Assembly (NCBI GenBank): GCA_020434345.1
Contig: JAGRAZ010000002.1
Coordinates: forward strand, 1-61,734
Length of the DNA stretch: 61,734 nucleotides
Direction: 5' to 3'
DNA from: Bdellovibrionales bacterium
GTDB lineage: Bacteria > Bdellovibrionota_G > JALEGL01 > JAGRMV01
Below, in pieces: positions 27,882-38,486 of this stretch. How positions within the stretch are numbered: position 1 is the first letter of the stretch; each line of letters starts with the position of its first letter. The notes beneath the pieces are model-generated. The model ran no database searches. It was given only the letters and a program-made list of their open reading frames with translations, and was not told the origin of the DNA. Both the position numbers and the translations under genes were made by a program.

Positions 27882-28005
27882 GAAACCGAGAGATTTTTTA
27901 TTCTGACAAGGCCGCAACCTCTTTTGAAAGCGCAGCGTACATTGCGTTACGTGAGCATTTCAAAAGAAGGTGAGAACGAAGTCAGAGTGAAAAAGATCCG
28001 GTTTC
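27882..28005. repeat. 124-bp imperfect palindrome, Rickettsia palindromic element (RPE)-like
   Basis: Nested arms GAAACCG/CGGTTTC, TTCTGAC/GTCAGAG, ACCT/AGGT and CTTTTGAAA/TTTCAAAAG around the core GCGCAGCGTAC..GTTACGTGAGC. Confidence 0.75.
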
Positions 28006-28008
28006 ATC

Positions 28009-29460
28009 TCACGAAAGCATTTGGGCAAGCTGATCGCCTGTAAGAATTTGTCCATCCAAACCTATTGTCGGAAAATTAGATTCATTACAATTCCATACAT
28101 TTTTAAAATCTGTCTCAATCGGATTGCCTGCCAAACCTATGTTTTCATTTTTACGACTTGCATAGATAAAACCCTGCCTAAGATCCCCGGGCATAGGTTT
28201 TTCTGTAGGTACATAAGACTGTATAAGCGAAACATTCTTCTCAATAAAAAATGGAATAAATCGCGACATCGTATGAAAGATTTCATGCTTTATTTTCTGT
28301 TCATTCAGCGCAAAATCATTTGAAACGAAGTAAGTAATCGCCAAAAGTGCATAGTCCTTTTCAAGACGGTTTAAGTATGTTTTATAATCAGTTGCTTGCT
28401 GATTTGGTAGGTGAAGCATGTACCTGATCACACGCGGAAACTTTCTCTTTTCAGTATCATCAATCTCAATATTTTTTGGAAACACTACACCTTGCGTTCG
28501 TATACCTAACGGCAAATAACTTTTATGAATTTTGTACAAAAAGTATAATCTTTTGCCCGTTTTATACAAATGTGGCTCATGTGCGAGTGATTGAATTTTT
28601 TTATCTTCAGGTTGATAGGCTATAAATCCATTTGCGCTACCATTGATGACCAATTTTGAAAATTCAATGTCTTGTGTGCTTGAACCTTGAAAATGTATTC
28701 GGTGTATCTTATTTCCGGATCGATGTATTTTTTCAATACTAGAAAACGTATCAAAAACAGCGCCCTTTTCTTTGAGATGACTTTTGAGCTTTTGCTTTAA
28801 GCCGTATTGCCCCAAAATCGAGTAATACCCATAATCCTGAAGAAGATGCGTAAGGTGCGTAAAGCGTGAGTGATTACTGTATTCAGACAAATAATAGGAA
28901 AAAACCAACTCAAGAGACTTAATAAAATGTGCATAACCCGGCTTAAGATTGTAAAACGCCATCATTTGATCCAGTGGAAACATTTTCAACATCTGTATTG
29001 ATGTTTTGTTTTTTAGCTTAGACTCCAAATCTTTTTGAAAAAGAAAATTTTTTTCAAAAAGTTGAATTTCCCTCTGATAAATCTGAAAAAATACTTTGTA
29101 ACTTTTTTCCAAATCACGGTGAAGCATTGTATAAATTTCACCGTCAACCTCTTCTCTTAACAACTCTTTCTTAAGTTTTGATGAGTCCTTAAAGAAATTG
29201 ATTCGTTTGTTTTTACAAATAAATTGCGCTGGAACATCCAATGGTAGCATTTGTTGGATTTCATGCGGGTGAAATCCAAGTCGTTGCATCAAAGGCTTGA
29301 TAAAAATACCTGATAGAAATTCACATATGGTGGGATCAAACTGGGTATATGTAGCATGTTCAAAATAATGAACCCTAGCGCCCTTTCTTTGCAAAATTCG
29401 TCCTGCAATCAGCGCTGGCAGTTCGGTTCCAACAACACAAATATCTTTAAAAACCTTCAT
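28009..29460 (-). CDS. FAD/NAD-binding Rossmann-fold protein (phytoene-desaturase/GDI-like superfamily), degenerate
   Basis: N-terminal beta-alpha-beta DICVVGTELPALIAGRILQRKGARVHYFE lacks the full GxGxxG; C-terminal KNVWNC...FPTIGLDG resembles the terminal motif of this superfamily. Confidence 0.55.
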   Translation of the reverse strand: MKVFKDICVVGTELPALIAGRILQRKGARVHYFEHATYTQFDPTICEFLSGIFIKPLMQRLGFHPHEIQQMLPLDVPAQFICKNKRINFFKDSSKLKKELLREEVDGEIYTMLHRDLEKSYKVFFQIYQREIQLFEKNFLFQKDLESKLKNKTSIQMLKMFPLDQMMAFYNLKPGYAHFIKSLELVFSYYLSEYSNHSRFTHLTHLLQDYGYYSILGQYGLKQKLKSHLKEKGAVFDTFSSIEKIHRSGNKIHRIHFQGSSTQDIEFSKLVINGSANGFIAYQPEDKKIQSLAHEPHLYKTGKRLYFLYKIHKSYLPLGIRTQGVVFPKNIEIDDTEKRKFPRVIRYMLHLPNQQATDYKTYLNRLEKDYALLAITYFVSNDFALNEQKIKHEIFHTMSRFIPFFIEKNVSLIQSYVPTEKPMPGDLRQGFIYASRKNENIGLAGNPIETDFKNVWNCNESNFPTIGLDGQILTGDQLAQMLS

Positions 29461-29464
29461 TTTT

Positions 29465-30028
29465 TTAACCCAAAAGAGAGGCGATAGCTTTTTTATACAC
29501 GCGATGCTCTAATTTGTGAACTTTCTCTTCGACGCTTTGAAGGGTATCTGAGGGCAGCACCTCTATGGTTTCCTGCATAATCACCTCTCCAGTATCTACA
29601 CCTGCATCCACATAGTGAACTGTCACCCCAATACGCTTCTCCTTTGCTTCAAATGCCCTCTTAATCGCACCTATTCCGGGATATGCTGGCAAAAGTGATG
29701 GGTGAATATTGATCACACGACTGGGATATTGTGACAAAAAATGGGAAGACAAAATCCGCATATAGCCACAAAGAACTATCCAATCAACAGGGTATGGTCC
29801 TAAAGCATCTAGTATTTTTTGCTCAAAGGCTGATCGAGGTGAAAAGTGAGGAATACAAATGGTGGGAATGTTTCTCTGAGAAGCCCTCACAAGACCTGGC
29901 GCATTGGTTTGATTCGAAAAAACAACCGATACATTTGCATGTAGCTCACCTGATTCGCAAGCCTGTGCCAAACTCTCAAAGTTTGTGCCTTGACCAGAGA
30001 GAAAAATCGCTACATTGGCTTTGTCCAT
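29465..30028 (-). CDS. purN: Phosphoribosylglycinamide formyltransferase
   Basis: AIFLSGQGTNFE, LCGYMRIL, INIHPSLLPAYPG, GVTVHYVDAGVDTG. ATG 30028 is preferred over 30076. Confidence 0.96.
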   Translation of the reverse strand: MDKANVAIFLSGQGTNFESLAQACESGELHANVSVVFSNQTNAPGLVRASQRNIPTICIPHFSPRSAFEQKILDALGPYPVDWIVLCGYMRILSSHFLSQYPSRVINIHPSLLPAYPGIGAIKRAFEAKEKRIGVTVHYVDAGVDTGEVIMQETIEVLPSDTLQSVEEKVHKLEHRVYKKAIASLLG

Positions 30029-30035
30029 CTCCAAC

Positions 30036-31484
30036 TTAGAATAGCCAATTTTGAACAATTTGTGGAAGTATTCCAAACAAAATCAATAAGAATGCTAAAA
30101 ACAAGATAAGCCAAATTCTACGACCTTCTTGTTGAACTTGAAATGTAGTATGTCCATCTTCTAAAAACATATTGGCCAAGATACGGAAATAATACACAAC
30201 TGAAATAATGCTAGATAAAATAGCAAATATGACAAGATAGATACCACCTTGACCTATCACAAAGTAAAATAATTTAAATTTTGCAACAAACCCTGCAAAC
30301 GGTGGCAACCCCGCTAACGATAAAAGTCCAAAGGCAAACCCTAATGCAATCACTGGATGAGAAGTTACCAGTCCCTTGCAGTTATCTACAGTTACGTCTT
30401 GCTTCTCTTCGGATTGAGATATAAGCAAAAACATAACTAAATTTGCAATGACATATATGCAGAGATAGAAAAATAACACTTCAAAAGTTTCGTCATATGA
30501 TTTTCCAAATGTACTTGAAATAAACATAAGTACATATCCCATATGAGAAATGGTCGAATATCCTAAAAGTCTTTTAAAATCTTTTTGATACAATCCACCG
30601 ATACTTCCCCACATCATCGAAAAAATTGAAAATACACCCATTGTAATCATCCATTTTGATGTTACGTGCTCTGGTTCAAATGAATCAAGAACAGGAAACA
30701 TATAAAACAGGCGGATCAACACTCCAACAACAGCAATTTTAGACGCTGTACTCATCCACGCATTGATCGACGCTGGTGCAGCCTCATACACATCTGGAAT
30801 CCAAAAATGAAAAGGGAAAACTCCAAGTTTGAATAAAAGCGACACAACAACAAGACTCAAACCGAACCAGAACGTTTTTGGCAATGTCTGGTATAAAGGA
30901 GATCTAAAAATTTCAAATAATTCATCTATGCGCATTGAGCTTGTAGAGGACCAAATCAATGCAGTTCCATAAATAAAAACTGCAGCTGCAACTGCACCCA
31001 AAAGAAAATACTTAAATGAAGCTTCACTACTTTTACCTTTATGGTGTCCTAATCCCACCAAAACATACAGTGGAATACTAAGTAACTCTAGCCCTACAAA
31101 AAAAACAACAAGATGGTTGGAAAAAATCATAAACAACCCACCACAGGCACTCATTAATAGAAGAGAGAGAACTGCACTCGGATATTCTGCAACCAGTTTT
31201 GTTTGATATGGAATCATCATAACAACAACAAAAAGACTCACAAGCAAAAGCACAGCAAACCAACAACCAAACTTATCGTGCAACAACAATCCATTCATTA
31301 TGTAGACTGGATCGCCAATACAGAACATAGACAAAATTGACAGGAGCAAAAACATACATGTGATTAAAACAAAAAGTGGCTTTTTCTCATTTTGGACAAA
31401 CAAACCCAGTGCAAGCACAACAAATGCTCCCGCTGTAAGCCAAAGGTAGGGACTTATTTGAATTAAGATATCACTACTGAACAC
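30036..31484 (-). CDS. nuoN: NADH-quinone oxidoreductase subunit N
   Basis: VGLELLSIPLYVL, SEASFKYFLLG, FKLGVFPFHFWIPDVYEAAP, LSLAGLPPFAGF.AK. Confidence 0.95.
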   Translation of the reverse strand: MFSSDILIQISPYLWLTAGAFVVLALGLFVQNEKKPLFVLITCMFLLLSILSMFCIGDPVYIMNGLLLHDKFGCWFAVLLLVSLFVVVMMIPYQTKLVAEYPSAVLSLLLMSACGGLFMIFSNHLVVFFVGLELLSIPLYVLVGLGHHKGKSSEASFKYFLLGAVAAAVFIYGTALIWSSTSSMRIDELFEIFRSPLYQTLPKTFWFGLSLVVVSLLFKLGVFPFHFWIPDVYEAAPASINAWMSTASKIAVVGVLIRLFYMFPVLDSFEPEHVTSKWMITMGVFSIFSMMWGSIGGLYQKDFKRLLGYSTISHMGYVLMFISSTFGKSYDETFEVLFFYLCIYVIANLVMFLLISQSEEKQDVTVDNCKGLVTSHPVIALGFAFGLLSLAGLPPFAGFVAKFKLFYFVIGQGGIYLVIFAILSSIISVVYYFRILANMFLEDGHTTFQVQQEGRRIWLILFLAFLLILFGILPQIVQNWLF

Positions 31485-32988
31485 GTCGAACCTCCTTCAC
31501 CACACTGATTTCAACGGGTTGAACATGTTGAATTTTCAATATTTGAAGAAGTGAATTTGGACGAATCCCTAAATACACCATACAAATTACAAGGGCACCC
31601 ATCGCAATAAGCTGTCCCCATTTATAATCTTTAAGCTTTTGATTCTTTTCATTTGTAACAGGACCTAAGAACATATGTTCAAAAAGCTTCAACATATAGA
31701 CAGCGCCCAAAACAACCCCTGAAACTGCGATACCTATAATAACGACAGGTGAAGAAATAACATGTGATTGAAATGCACCCATAAGAATCAAGAACTCACC
31801 CACAAAGCCACAAAGACCGGGAAGACCGATTGCAGCCAGTGTTGTTACAAAAAATATGACTGTGTACCGTGGCATTACCGAAGCAATGCCTCCGTATTGA
31901 CTCATTTCACGGGTGTGTTTCTGATCGTAGATGTACCCAATCATCAAAAATAACGCGCCAGTTGAAAGACCATGCGCAACCAACTGAAACATCGCTCCCG
32001 TAAGTGCTGTTGGATGAAGTGAAAAAATTCCTAAGGTCACAAAACCCATGTGACTTACACTTGAATATGCAATCAGCTTTTTAATATCTGATTGTGCATA
32101 GGCCATCATGGCACCAAACACAATGCCAACCACTGACAGCGCAATCATCCAAGGTGCAATTTGAATCATTGCATCTGGAAATAAAGGGATAGCAAACCGC
32201 AGTATGCCGTATGCACCCATTTTCAAAAGGACGCCCGCTAAAATAACACTGCCTGCCATTGGTGCTTCAACGTGCGCTAATGGCAACCAAGTATGAAACG
32301 GAAACACAGGCACCTTGATCAGAAAAGCTAACAAAAATGCGATAAGAAGCCAGAACTGCTGTGAAGCTGGTACTTTCATGAGCGTCATGTCAACAAGAGA
32401 TGAACTTACCATGCCATGATTTGTCATATTAATGTTATAAAGTGCGATCAAACCAACCAACATAAAAAGCGATCCAAATAAAGTATAAACAAAAAACTTT
32501 TTTGTTGCGTACATACGCTTCTCGCCACCGTACACACCAATAAGAATACACATCGGAAGAAGCACAATTTCCCAAAAAACGTAGAACAAAAATAAATCCA
32601 ATGCACAAAATGTTCCTATCATGGCTGTTTCCAGCATGAGCATGGAAAAAGCGAACTCTTTAACTCTTTTTTGGATAGAATTCCGACTTAGATAAAGTGC
32701 GATAAGCGTTAAGAAGGAACTCAACGTCACCATGACCAGCCCTAGGCCATCGACACCGATATGATAATACACTCCATATTTTTGAATCCAATCAAACCTT
32801 TCTTCCCATTGAAAAATAGTTGGTATCAAAAAATCAAATTGGGTCCACAACATAAGGCTCATTAAAAACGTCACTGCCGCAATTCCAATTGTGATATTCC
32901 AAATATATTTCTGCTTTGATGAAGGAAGGAACAACAAAAGCATTCCACACAAAAACGGGAAAAATATTTGTAAACTTAGAAAACTCAT
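31474..32988 (-). CDS. nuoM: NADH-quinone oxidoreductase subunit M
   Basis: IGVDGL, FYVFWE, IKVPVFPFHTWLPLAHVEAP, LLKMGAYG, LIAYSSVSHMG. Confidence 0.96.
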   Translation of the reverse strand: MSFLSLQIFFPFLCGMLLLFLPSSKQKYIWNITIGIAAVTFLMSLMLWTQFDFLIPTIFQWEERFDWIQKYGVYYHIGVDGLGLVMVTLSSFLTLIALYLSRNSIQKRVKEFAFSMLMLETAMIGTFCALDLFLFYVFWEIVLLPMCILIGVYGGEKRMYATKKFFVYTLFGSLFMLVGLIALYNINMTNHGMVSSSLVDMTLMKVPASQQFWLLIAFLLAFLIKVPVFPFHTWLPLAHVEAPMAGSVILAGVLLKMGAYGILRFAIPLFPDAMIQIAPWMIALSVVGIVFGAMMAYAQSDIKKLIAYSSVSHMGFVTLGIFSLHPTALTGAMFQLVAHGLSTGALFLMIGYIYDQKHTREMSQYGGIASVMPRYTVIFFVTTLAAIGLPGLCGFVGEFLILMGAFQSHVISSPVVIIGIAVSGVVLGAVYMLKLFEHMFLGPVTNEKNQKLKDYKWGQLIAMGALVICMVYLGIRPNSLLQILKIQHVQPVEISVVKEVRRVQ

Positions 32989-32991
32989 GAC

Positions 32992-34872
32992 TCACATCCC
33001 AATAGAAAAATAAATAATAAAAACAATACCGAGCAATAAGAAAAACACATAGCTTTGGGGGATCCCAGTCACCATAGCTGATAAGCCTCTTGCAAAAGAC
33101 ATCACAACAAATTTTATATTTCCAATCAATCCATCAACAATGATCTTTTCGATAAAGTTTGAAATTTTTGAGAGCGATGCCATTGCATATCTACCAAATT
33201 GCATCAGACTCTCATCAACATACCACTGTCGTTGACCTGCAATTTCTAAAGAGGATGGGGTTTTATCTATGACAACAGGTGCTTTCAAAAAATATCTCAT
33301 TGAGAATCCCGCCACCAAAAGCACAAGTACAGATGAAATGATTGCTACAGATGTTTCCGTCATATGCCACAAGGCGTGTCCATGTGCATGGGTTGGAAAC
33401 AGTTTTTCCAACACAGGATAAAAAGAGAAGAATTTCCACCCCCCCACAATTGAAAGAAAGGCGAGAATCCAAAGCGGAATAAGCATTACATTTGGTGATT
33501 CATGTATTTTTTGCGCTTTCACCAAAGAGATACGTGTATTTGACCCAAGAAAAACGAGCGCGATCAGTCTTGTCATATAAAGCGCTGTTAATAGCGCAGA
33601 CAAAAGAACAATAATAAAATACCACGCATTGCCAGTAAGACTTACATGGTGCAGAATATGATCTTTACTAAAAAAACCACTCATCAAAGGAAATCCTATA
33701 ATCGCCAAGTAACCAATCATAAAGGTCACTGTTGTTGCTACCATTCTAGATTTTAGACCACCCATGCGTCGAATATCCTGTTCATGATGCATGCCATGAA
33801 TGACGGATCCGGCACCCAAAAACAACAGCCCTTTAAAATATGCATGTGTGACCAAATGAAAAATACCTGCAGCATATGCGCCCACGCCCATCGCCAACAC
33901 CATAAACCCCAATTGACTTACAGTTGAATATGCCAGAACCTTCTTTATATCGTTCTGAAAAATAGCCACTGTCGCGGCAAAGAATGCCGTAAAAATTCCT
34001 ACGATCGTAACAATATGACTTGCCATGGGTGCAGAAGCGTAAAGGGCTGAACAGCGTCCCAATACATACACGCCAGCTGTGACCATGGTTGCCGCATGAA
34101 TCAAGGCAGACACAGGTGTCGGACCGGCCATTGCATCTGGCAGCCATAGATAAAGAGGAAATTGTGCCGACTTCCCCATACATCCTATAAAAAGTAAAAT
34201 TGCAATCCATTCAATATTGCCGATTGAATGATATGCAAAGTGTTCATGTGTTACAGATGCAATCGGTGAGATTGCAGAAAACTCAAGAGAACCAAATGCA
34301 TGAAGCGCTAAAGCCATCGCCAAAATAAATGCAGCGTCTCCTATACGATTGACAATAAAAGCCTTTCTTCCAGCAAAAGACTTTTCCTGATCCTGATACC
34401 AAAAACCGATTAACAAAAAACTACAAAGACCCACGCCTTCCCACCCAACAAATAAGAGCGGAAGACTACTTGCAGTAATCAATACAAGCATAAAACCGCA
34501 AAAAAGATTGAGATACGAAAAGTACTTTATCACTTTAGGATCTTCATGCATGTACCCCAAAGAATAAAGATGAACCAAAAAACCAATGCCCGTAACCAAA
34601 AGTGTAAGAATAGAAGATAAAGAATCTAAATATAAACGTGCTCTGAAATTATACGTTCCAGCTGACATCCAAGACCCAATATCAAAAACAATAACTTCTT
34701 CTGAACCTAAAACTGAAAATGCCATACCAATTGCTAAAACAAAGCTCACCAAAAGAACCAGACAGGACAAAACAGGATACAACATGTTTTTCTTTTGTGG
34801 TGCTATGATATAACGAGTTCCTAAAGCGATGCTTCCAAGAAAAGGCAGTAATGTCATCCATAAAAGTGGCAT
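32992..34872 (-). CDS. nuoL: NADH-quinone oxidoreductase subunit L
   Basis: FVGWEGVGLCSFLLIGFW, GKSAQFPL..WLPDAMAGPTPVSALIHAATMVTAG, HEQDIR.MGG. Confidence 0.96.
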   Translation of the reverse strand: MPLLWMTLLPFLGSIALGTRYIIAPQKKNMLYPVLSCLVLLVSFVLAIGMAFSVLGSEEVIVFDIGSWMSAGTYNFRARLYLDSLSSILTLLVTGIGFLVHLYSLGYMHEDPKVIKYFSYLNLFCGFMLVLITASSLPLLFVGWEGVGLCSFLLIGFWYQDQEKSFAGRKAFIVNRIGDAAFILAMALALHAFGSLEFSAISPIASVTHEHFAYHSIGNIEWIAILLFIGCMGKSAQFPLYLWLPDAMAGPTPVSALIHAATMVTAGVYVLGRCSALYASAPMASHIVTIVGIFTAFFAATVAIFQNDIKKVLAYSTVSQLGFMVLAMGVGAYAAGIFHLVTHAYFKGLLFLGAGSVIHGMHHEQDIRRMGGLKSRMVATTVTFMIGYLAIIGFPLMSGFFSKDHILHHVSLTGNAWYFIIVLLSALLTALYMTRLIALVFLGSNTRISLVKAQKIHESPNVMLIPLWILAFLSIVGGWKFFSFYPVLEKLFPTHAHGHALWHMTETSVAIISSVLVLLVAGFSMRYFLKAPVVIDKTPSSLEIAGQRQWYVDESLMQFGRYAMASLSKISNFIEKIIVDGLIGNIKFVVMSFARGLSAMVTGIPQSYVFFLLLGIVFIIYFSIGM

Positions 34873-34876
34873 AGCA

Positions 34877-35182
34877 TCATCCTTTCAACTCATTGAGTTT
34901 TTGAACTTCTAGTGGTTTTTTATTTTGATGTAATCGAATTACAATTGACAACCCTATGGCAGCCTCCGCTGCTGCAACTGCAATTACGATTAAAACTACA
35001 ACATGTCCCGTTACGTCTCCAATACTTCTAGCAACGCCGACAAACGCAACGTTTGCCGCATTCAATAGAAGCTCCACACACAAAAAAATTGTTAGCGCAT
35101 CTTTGCGCAAGAAAAGCCCAACCAAGCCAATTAAAAAGAGTGCAAAACTAACCAGAAGCACGTGATCAAGTGGAACAATCAT
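34877..35182 (-). CDS. nuoK: NADH-quinone oxidoreductase subunit K
   Basis: FLCVELLLNAAN, VAAAEAAIGL. Confidence 0.95.
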   Translation of the reverse strand: MIVPLDHVLLVSFALFLIGLVGLFLRKDALTIFLCVELLLNAANVAFVGVARSIGDVTGHVVVLIVIAVAAAEAAIGLSIVIRLHQNKKPLEVQKLNELKG

Positions 35183-35679
35183 GGTTTTTCCTTTTGTGTT
35201 TTCTTTGTAAGCACAACAACACCTATCATTGCCGCAAGCAGTACAATTGAAGCGATCTCAAAAACAAGAACATAGGAACCCAATAAAGATTCTCCAACAT
35301 TAAATACAGAACCAAATTTTTCGTCTACAGGTATATCTGAGAAAGTTGGAACCAAAATCAATGATTTAAATATGAAAAAAATAACCACAATCAACGGAAG
35401 ATGCATCCACTTCATCAAATGTTTTCTGGTTCCTACGATTTGCTCTTCTTGAATATTGAGAAGCATCATCACATACAAAAACAAGACCATGATTGCCCCT
35501 GTGTACACAAGAATTTGGAGCACACCTATGAATGGTGCATGAAGTAAAACAAAAATGCCGGACACAAAAAACAAAGTCGTTACCAAAGACAAACCACTAT
35601 AGATAGGGTTACGGGCAAACACTACACCCAATGAAAACAAAATAGCCAATCCTGAAAACGTATAAAATAAGTATTCCAT
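35179..35679 (-). CDS. nuoJ: NADH-quinone oxidoreductase subunit J
   Basis: NPIYSGLSL, QILVYTGAIMVLFLYVMMLL, FEIASIVLL; ATG 35679 forms a TAATG overlap with nuoH. Confidence 0.94.
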   Translation of the reverse strand: MEYLFYTFSGLAILFSLGVVFARNPIYSGLSLVTTLFFVSGIFVLLHAPFIGVLQILVYTGAIMVLFLYVMMLLNIQEEQIVGTRKHLMKWMHLPLIVVIFFIFKSLILVPTFSDIPVDEKFGSVFNVGESLLGSYVLVFEIASIVLLAAMIGVVVLTKKTQKEKP

Positions 35680-36743
35680 TATACTACCCACATCACGATC
35701 AACATTGTAATCACTATATTTAACAGACTAAGAGGTATAAGTTTTTTCCAACCCAATCGCATGAGTTGATCGTAACGAAACCTCGGCAAAGTCCAACGTA
35801 CCCAAATAAATAAAATCAAAACAAATGACACCTTTGCCATAAACCATGCAACAGGAAGCAACCACCAAAAACCTTGCTCATAAATAGATACACCAGCTAC
35901 TGCAGACAGTTTAGACCAAGATACAAAAGGTAAAAATTCCCATCCACCTAAAAATAAAAGAACCGCGATACAAGAAGCCGTAACCATATTTGCATACTCA
36001 GCCATAAAAAACATTGCGAATTTCATACTTGAATATTCAGCGTGAAACCCAATAATTTCTGTTTCACCCTCTGGCATGTCAAAGGGAAGACGATTGGTTT
36101 CTGCAAAAATAGAAACGACAAAAATCAAAAATCCAATTGGACAGATCAATACGAACCATGCACCTTCACTTTGTAATTGAACAATTTCTGTGAGGTTCGT
36201 TGTACCTGCAACAAGAAGAACAGCCATGATTGCAAGCCCCATAGGAATTTCATAACTGATGACTTGTGCAGCTGCGCGCAGACCACCCAAAACAGGATAT
36301 TTACTATTGGAGGCCCACCCTCCCAAAATAATACTAAAAACGCCAAGTGATGTAACAGATAGAACAAAAAGCACACCTACATCTAGATTTGCAATTGCTG
36401 CAGGCACAACATTTCCATCGATGATTTTCATGCCATAAGGCACAGGTGCAAACGCAAGTATGGCTGGTAACACCGCTGCAAAAGGAGCAAGCAAGAATAA
36501 AAACTTATTGGCTTCTGAGGGCATCAGCTCTTCTTTAAAAATAAACTTCACACCATCGGCCAACCCTTGCAACAAACCCAATGGACCTACTCGGTTGGGG
36601 CCAAGTCTTCCCTGAATAAATGCACTTACACGTCTCTCCGCCCATACCATTAAATACACAATCACACCTAAAATGGTTCCTGTCGTGAGCGCAATACGAA
36701 TAAGCGCTGAAAGCATATTTGAATCAAAAAAAGACAGGCTCAT
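35679..36743 (-). CDS. nuoH: NADH-quinone oxidoreductase subunit H
   Basis: R.GPNRVGP.GLLQ..ADG.K...KE, GWASNSKY, AETNRLPFD..E.E.E, R.RYDQLM..GWK. Confidence 0.97.
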   Translation of the reverse strand: MSLSFFDSNMLSALIRIALTTGTILGVIVYLMVWAERRVSAFIQGRLGPNRVGPLGLLQGLADGVKFIFKEELMPSEANKFLFLLAPFAAVLPAILAFAPVPYGMKIIDGNVVPAAIANLDVGVLFVLSVTSLGVFSIILGGWASNSKYPVLGGLRAAAQVISYEIPMGLAIMAVLLVAGTTNLTEIVQLQSEGAWFVLICPIGFLIFVVSIFAETNRLPFDMPEGETEIIGFHAEYSSMKFAMFFMAEYANMVTASCIAVLLFLGGWEFLPFVSWSKLSAVAGVSIYEQGFWWLLPVAWFMAKVSFVLILFIWVRWTLPRFRYDQLMRLGWKKLIPLSLLNIVITMLIVMWVV

Positions 36744-38011
36744 AATACCGGCAAACTTTCTCTTTTGGGTTGAATGTGTTTCATGCGAGCTAAAAACTCA
36801 TCTGAAAAATATTTGATAAAACTTTGTACTGGTGCTGCATTGGCTTCACTAAACACGCAAATGGTTCGACCCACCGCATTTTTTGTAATCTCTAAAAGCA
36901 AATCAAGGTCAGAGGCTTTACCTTCTCCCTGATCAATTCTTCGAATCAATTTTGCAAGCCAAGGGCTTCCTTCACGACATGGTGTACATTGACCACAAGA
37001 TTCATGCGCAAAAAAATCAGTTAGCGTTCGACATGCTGAAACCATATCTGTTGAATCATCAAGCACCATGACTGCACTCGACCCTGCCATTGATCCAGCT
37101 TGTGCAATACTTTCAGGGTCCATTTTGATATCGCATAGATGCGCAGGCAAAACAGGTGCAGACGCACCTCCCGGAATCACTGCTTTGAGTTTTCTACCTG
37201 AACGTAACCCACCAGCCATTTCAATTAAATCAAGGAGACGAATATCATTGGCTGCTTCATATACGCCGGGTTTCTGCACATGACCACTGACAGCAAATAG
37301 TCGAGTGCCCGGACATTTCTCGCTACCCCATTGCTTGTACCATGCGGCACCATGCTCAATGATAGGTCCAACATTGGCAATGGTCTCAACATTGTTTACG
37401 ATTGTTGGACATTTCCAAAGACCTTCAACGGCTGGGAAAGGTGGTTTAAGACGAGGATATCCACGGTTCCCCTCAAGCGACTCTAAAAGTGCAGTTTCTT
37501 CTCCACAAATGTAGGCACCTGCACCTCGATGAACATAAACATTTAAATCAAATCCCTTGCCTGCAATGTTTTTTCCTAAATACTTTTTCTCATATGCCTC
37601 ATCAATGGCTTTTTCTAAAATTAAGGCCTCATCATTATATTCACCGCGAATATAGATATAACAAGTGTGACATCCCAACGCATAGGACGATATAATAATT
37701 CCTTCTATCAAAAGATGCGGATCCCACTTTAATATTTCACGATCTTTAAAAGTACCGGGCTCACTTTCATCTGCATTGATACATAAATAGACTGGTTTTT
37801 GTGTTCCCTTAGGTACAAAGCCCCACTTTACACCTGTTGGAAACCCTGCTCCGCCTCTCCCTCGCAAACCTGACTCTTTAATGACAGATGTAATTTCATC
37901 TGGCTTCATAGAAAGAGCTTTCGCAACCCTGCTATATCTTCCATTTGCGATTGAAACATCAATTGCTCTTGCTTCAACTTGATTAAAATGTTTGCTTAAT
38001 ATCTTTTCCAT
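36740..38011 (-). CDS. nuoF: NADH-quinone oxidoreductase subunit F
   Basis: GLRGRGGAGFPTG.KW, NADESEPGTFKDR, GAYICGEETALLESLEG, ESCGQCTPCREG. Confidence 0.97.
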   Translation of the reverse strand: MEKILSKHFNQVEARAIDVSIANGRYSRVAKALSMKPDEITSVIKESGLRGRGGAGFPTGVKWGFVPKGTQKPVYLCINADESEPGTFKDREILKWDPHLLIEGIIISSYALGCHTCYIYIRGEYNDEALILEKAIDEAYEKKYLGKNIAGKGFDLNVYVHRGAGAYICGEETALLESLEGNRGYPRLKPPFPAVEGLWKCPTIVNNVETIANVGPIIEHGAAWYKQWGSEKCPGTRLFAVSGHVQKPGVYEAANDIRLLDLIEMAGGLRSGRKLKAVIPGGASAPVLPAHLCDIKMDPESIAQAGSMAGSSAVMVLDDSTDMVSACRTLTDFFAHESCGQCTPCREGSPWLAKLIRRIDQGEGKASDLDLLLEITKNAVGRTICVFSEANAAPVQSFIKYFSDEFLARMKHIQPKRESLPVL

Positions 38012-38486
38012 TTTTCAAATCCGTGATGACATTTTTTACTTTTTCTTGATTGATGTTCTCATGAAATTTTTCAATGTTTACTTGCATACAAGGAGCATTG
38101 CCGCAACACCCTAGACACTCAACTTCGGTAAGCGTAAACTTTCCATCCGGTGTTGTTTCTCCACTAGAAATATGAAGTTCATTTTCAATTGCTTTAACAA
38201 TATCTTGTGCGCCTGCCAAATGGCAGGAAAGCGTTCTACATACTTGAAGATGGTACGTCCCAACTTTTTCGCCATTGTACATTGTGTAAAATGAAATTAC
38301 GCTATCAACTTTTGAACGGCTCACACCTACAGTCTGTGCAACAAGATCACGAACTTCTGCATGCAAATATTCAAATTCTTCTTGTGCAACCCAAAGAACA
38401 GGAAGTAGTGCAGCATCTTTATAAGGATACCGTGAAAAGATAGTTTCAATTTTTTTCTGATTTGTAGATGAAAATTGCAAGCTCAT
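37983..38486 (-). CDS. nuoE: NADH-quinone oxidoreductase subunit E
   Basis: SFYTMY; 2Fe-2S ligands VCRTLSC...VECLGCC..AP. Confidence 0.95.
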   Translation of the reverse strand: MSLQFSSTNQKKIETIFSRYPYKDAALLPVLWVAQEEFEYLHAEVRDLVAQTVGVSRSKVDSVISFYTMYNGEKVGTYHLQVCRTLSCHLAGAQDIVKAIENELHISSGETTPDGKFTLTEVECLGCCGNAPCMQVNIEKFHENINQEKVKNVITDLKNGKDIKQTF

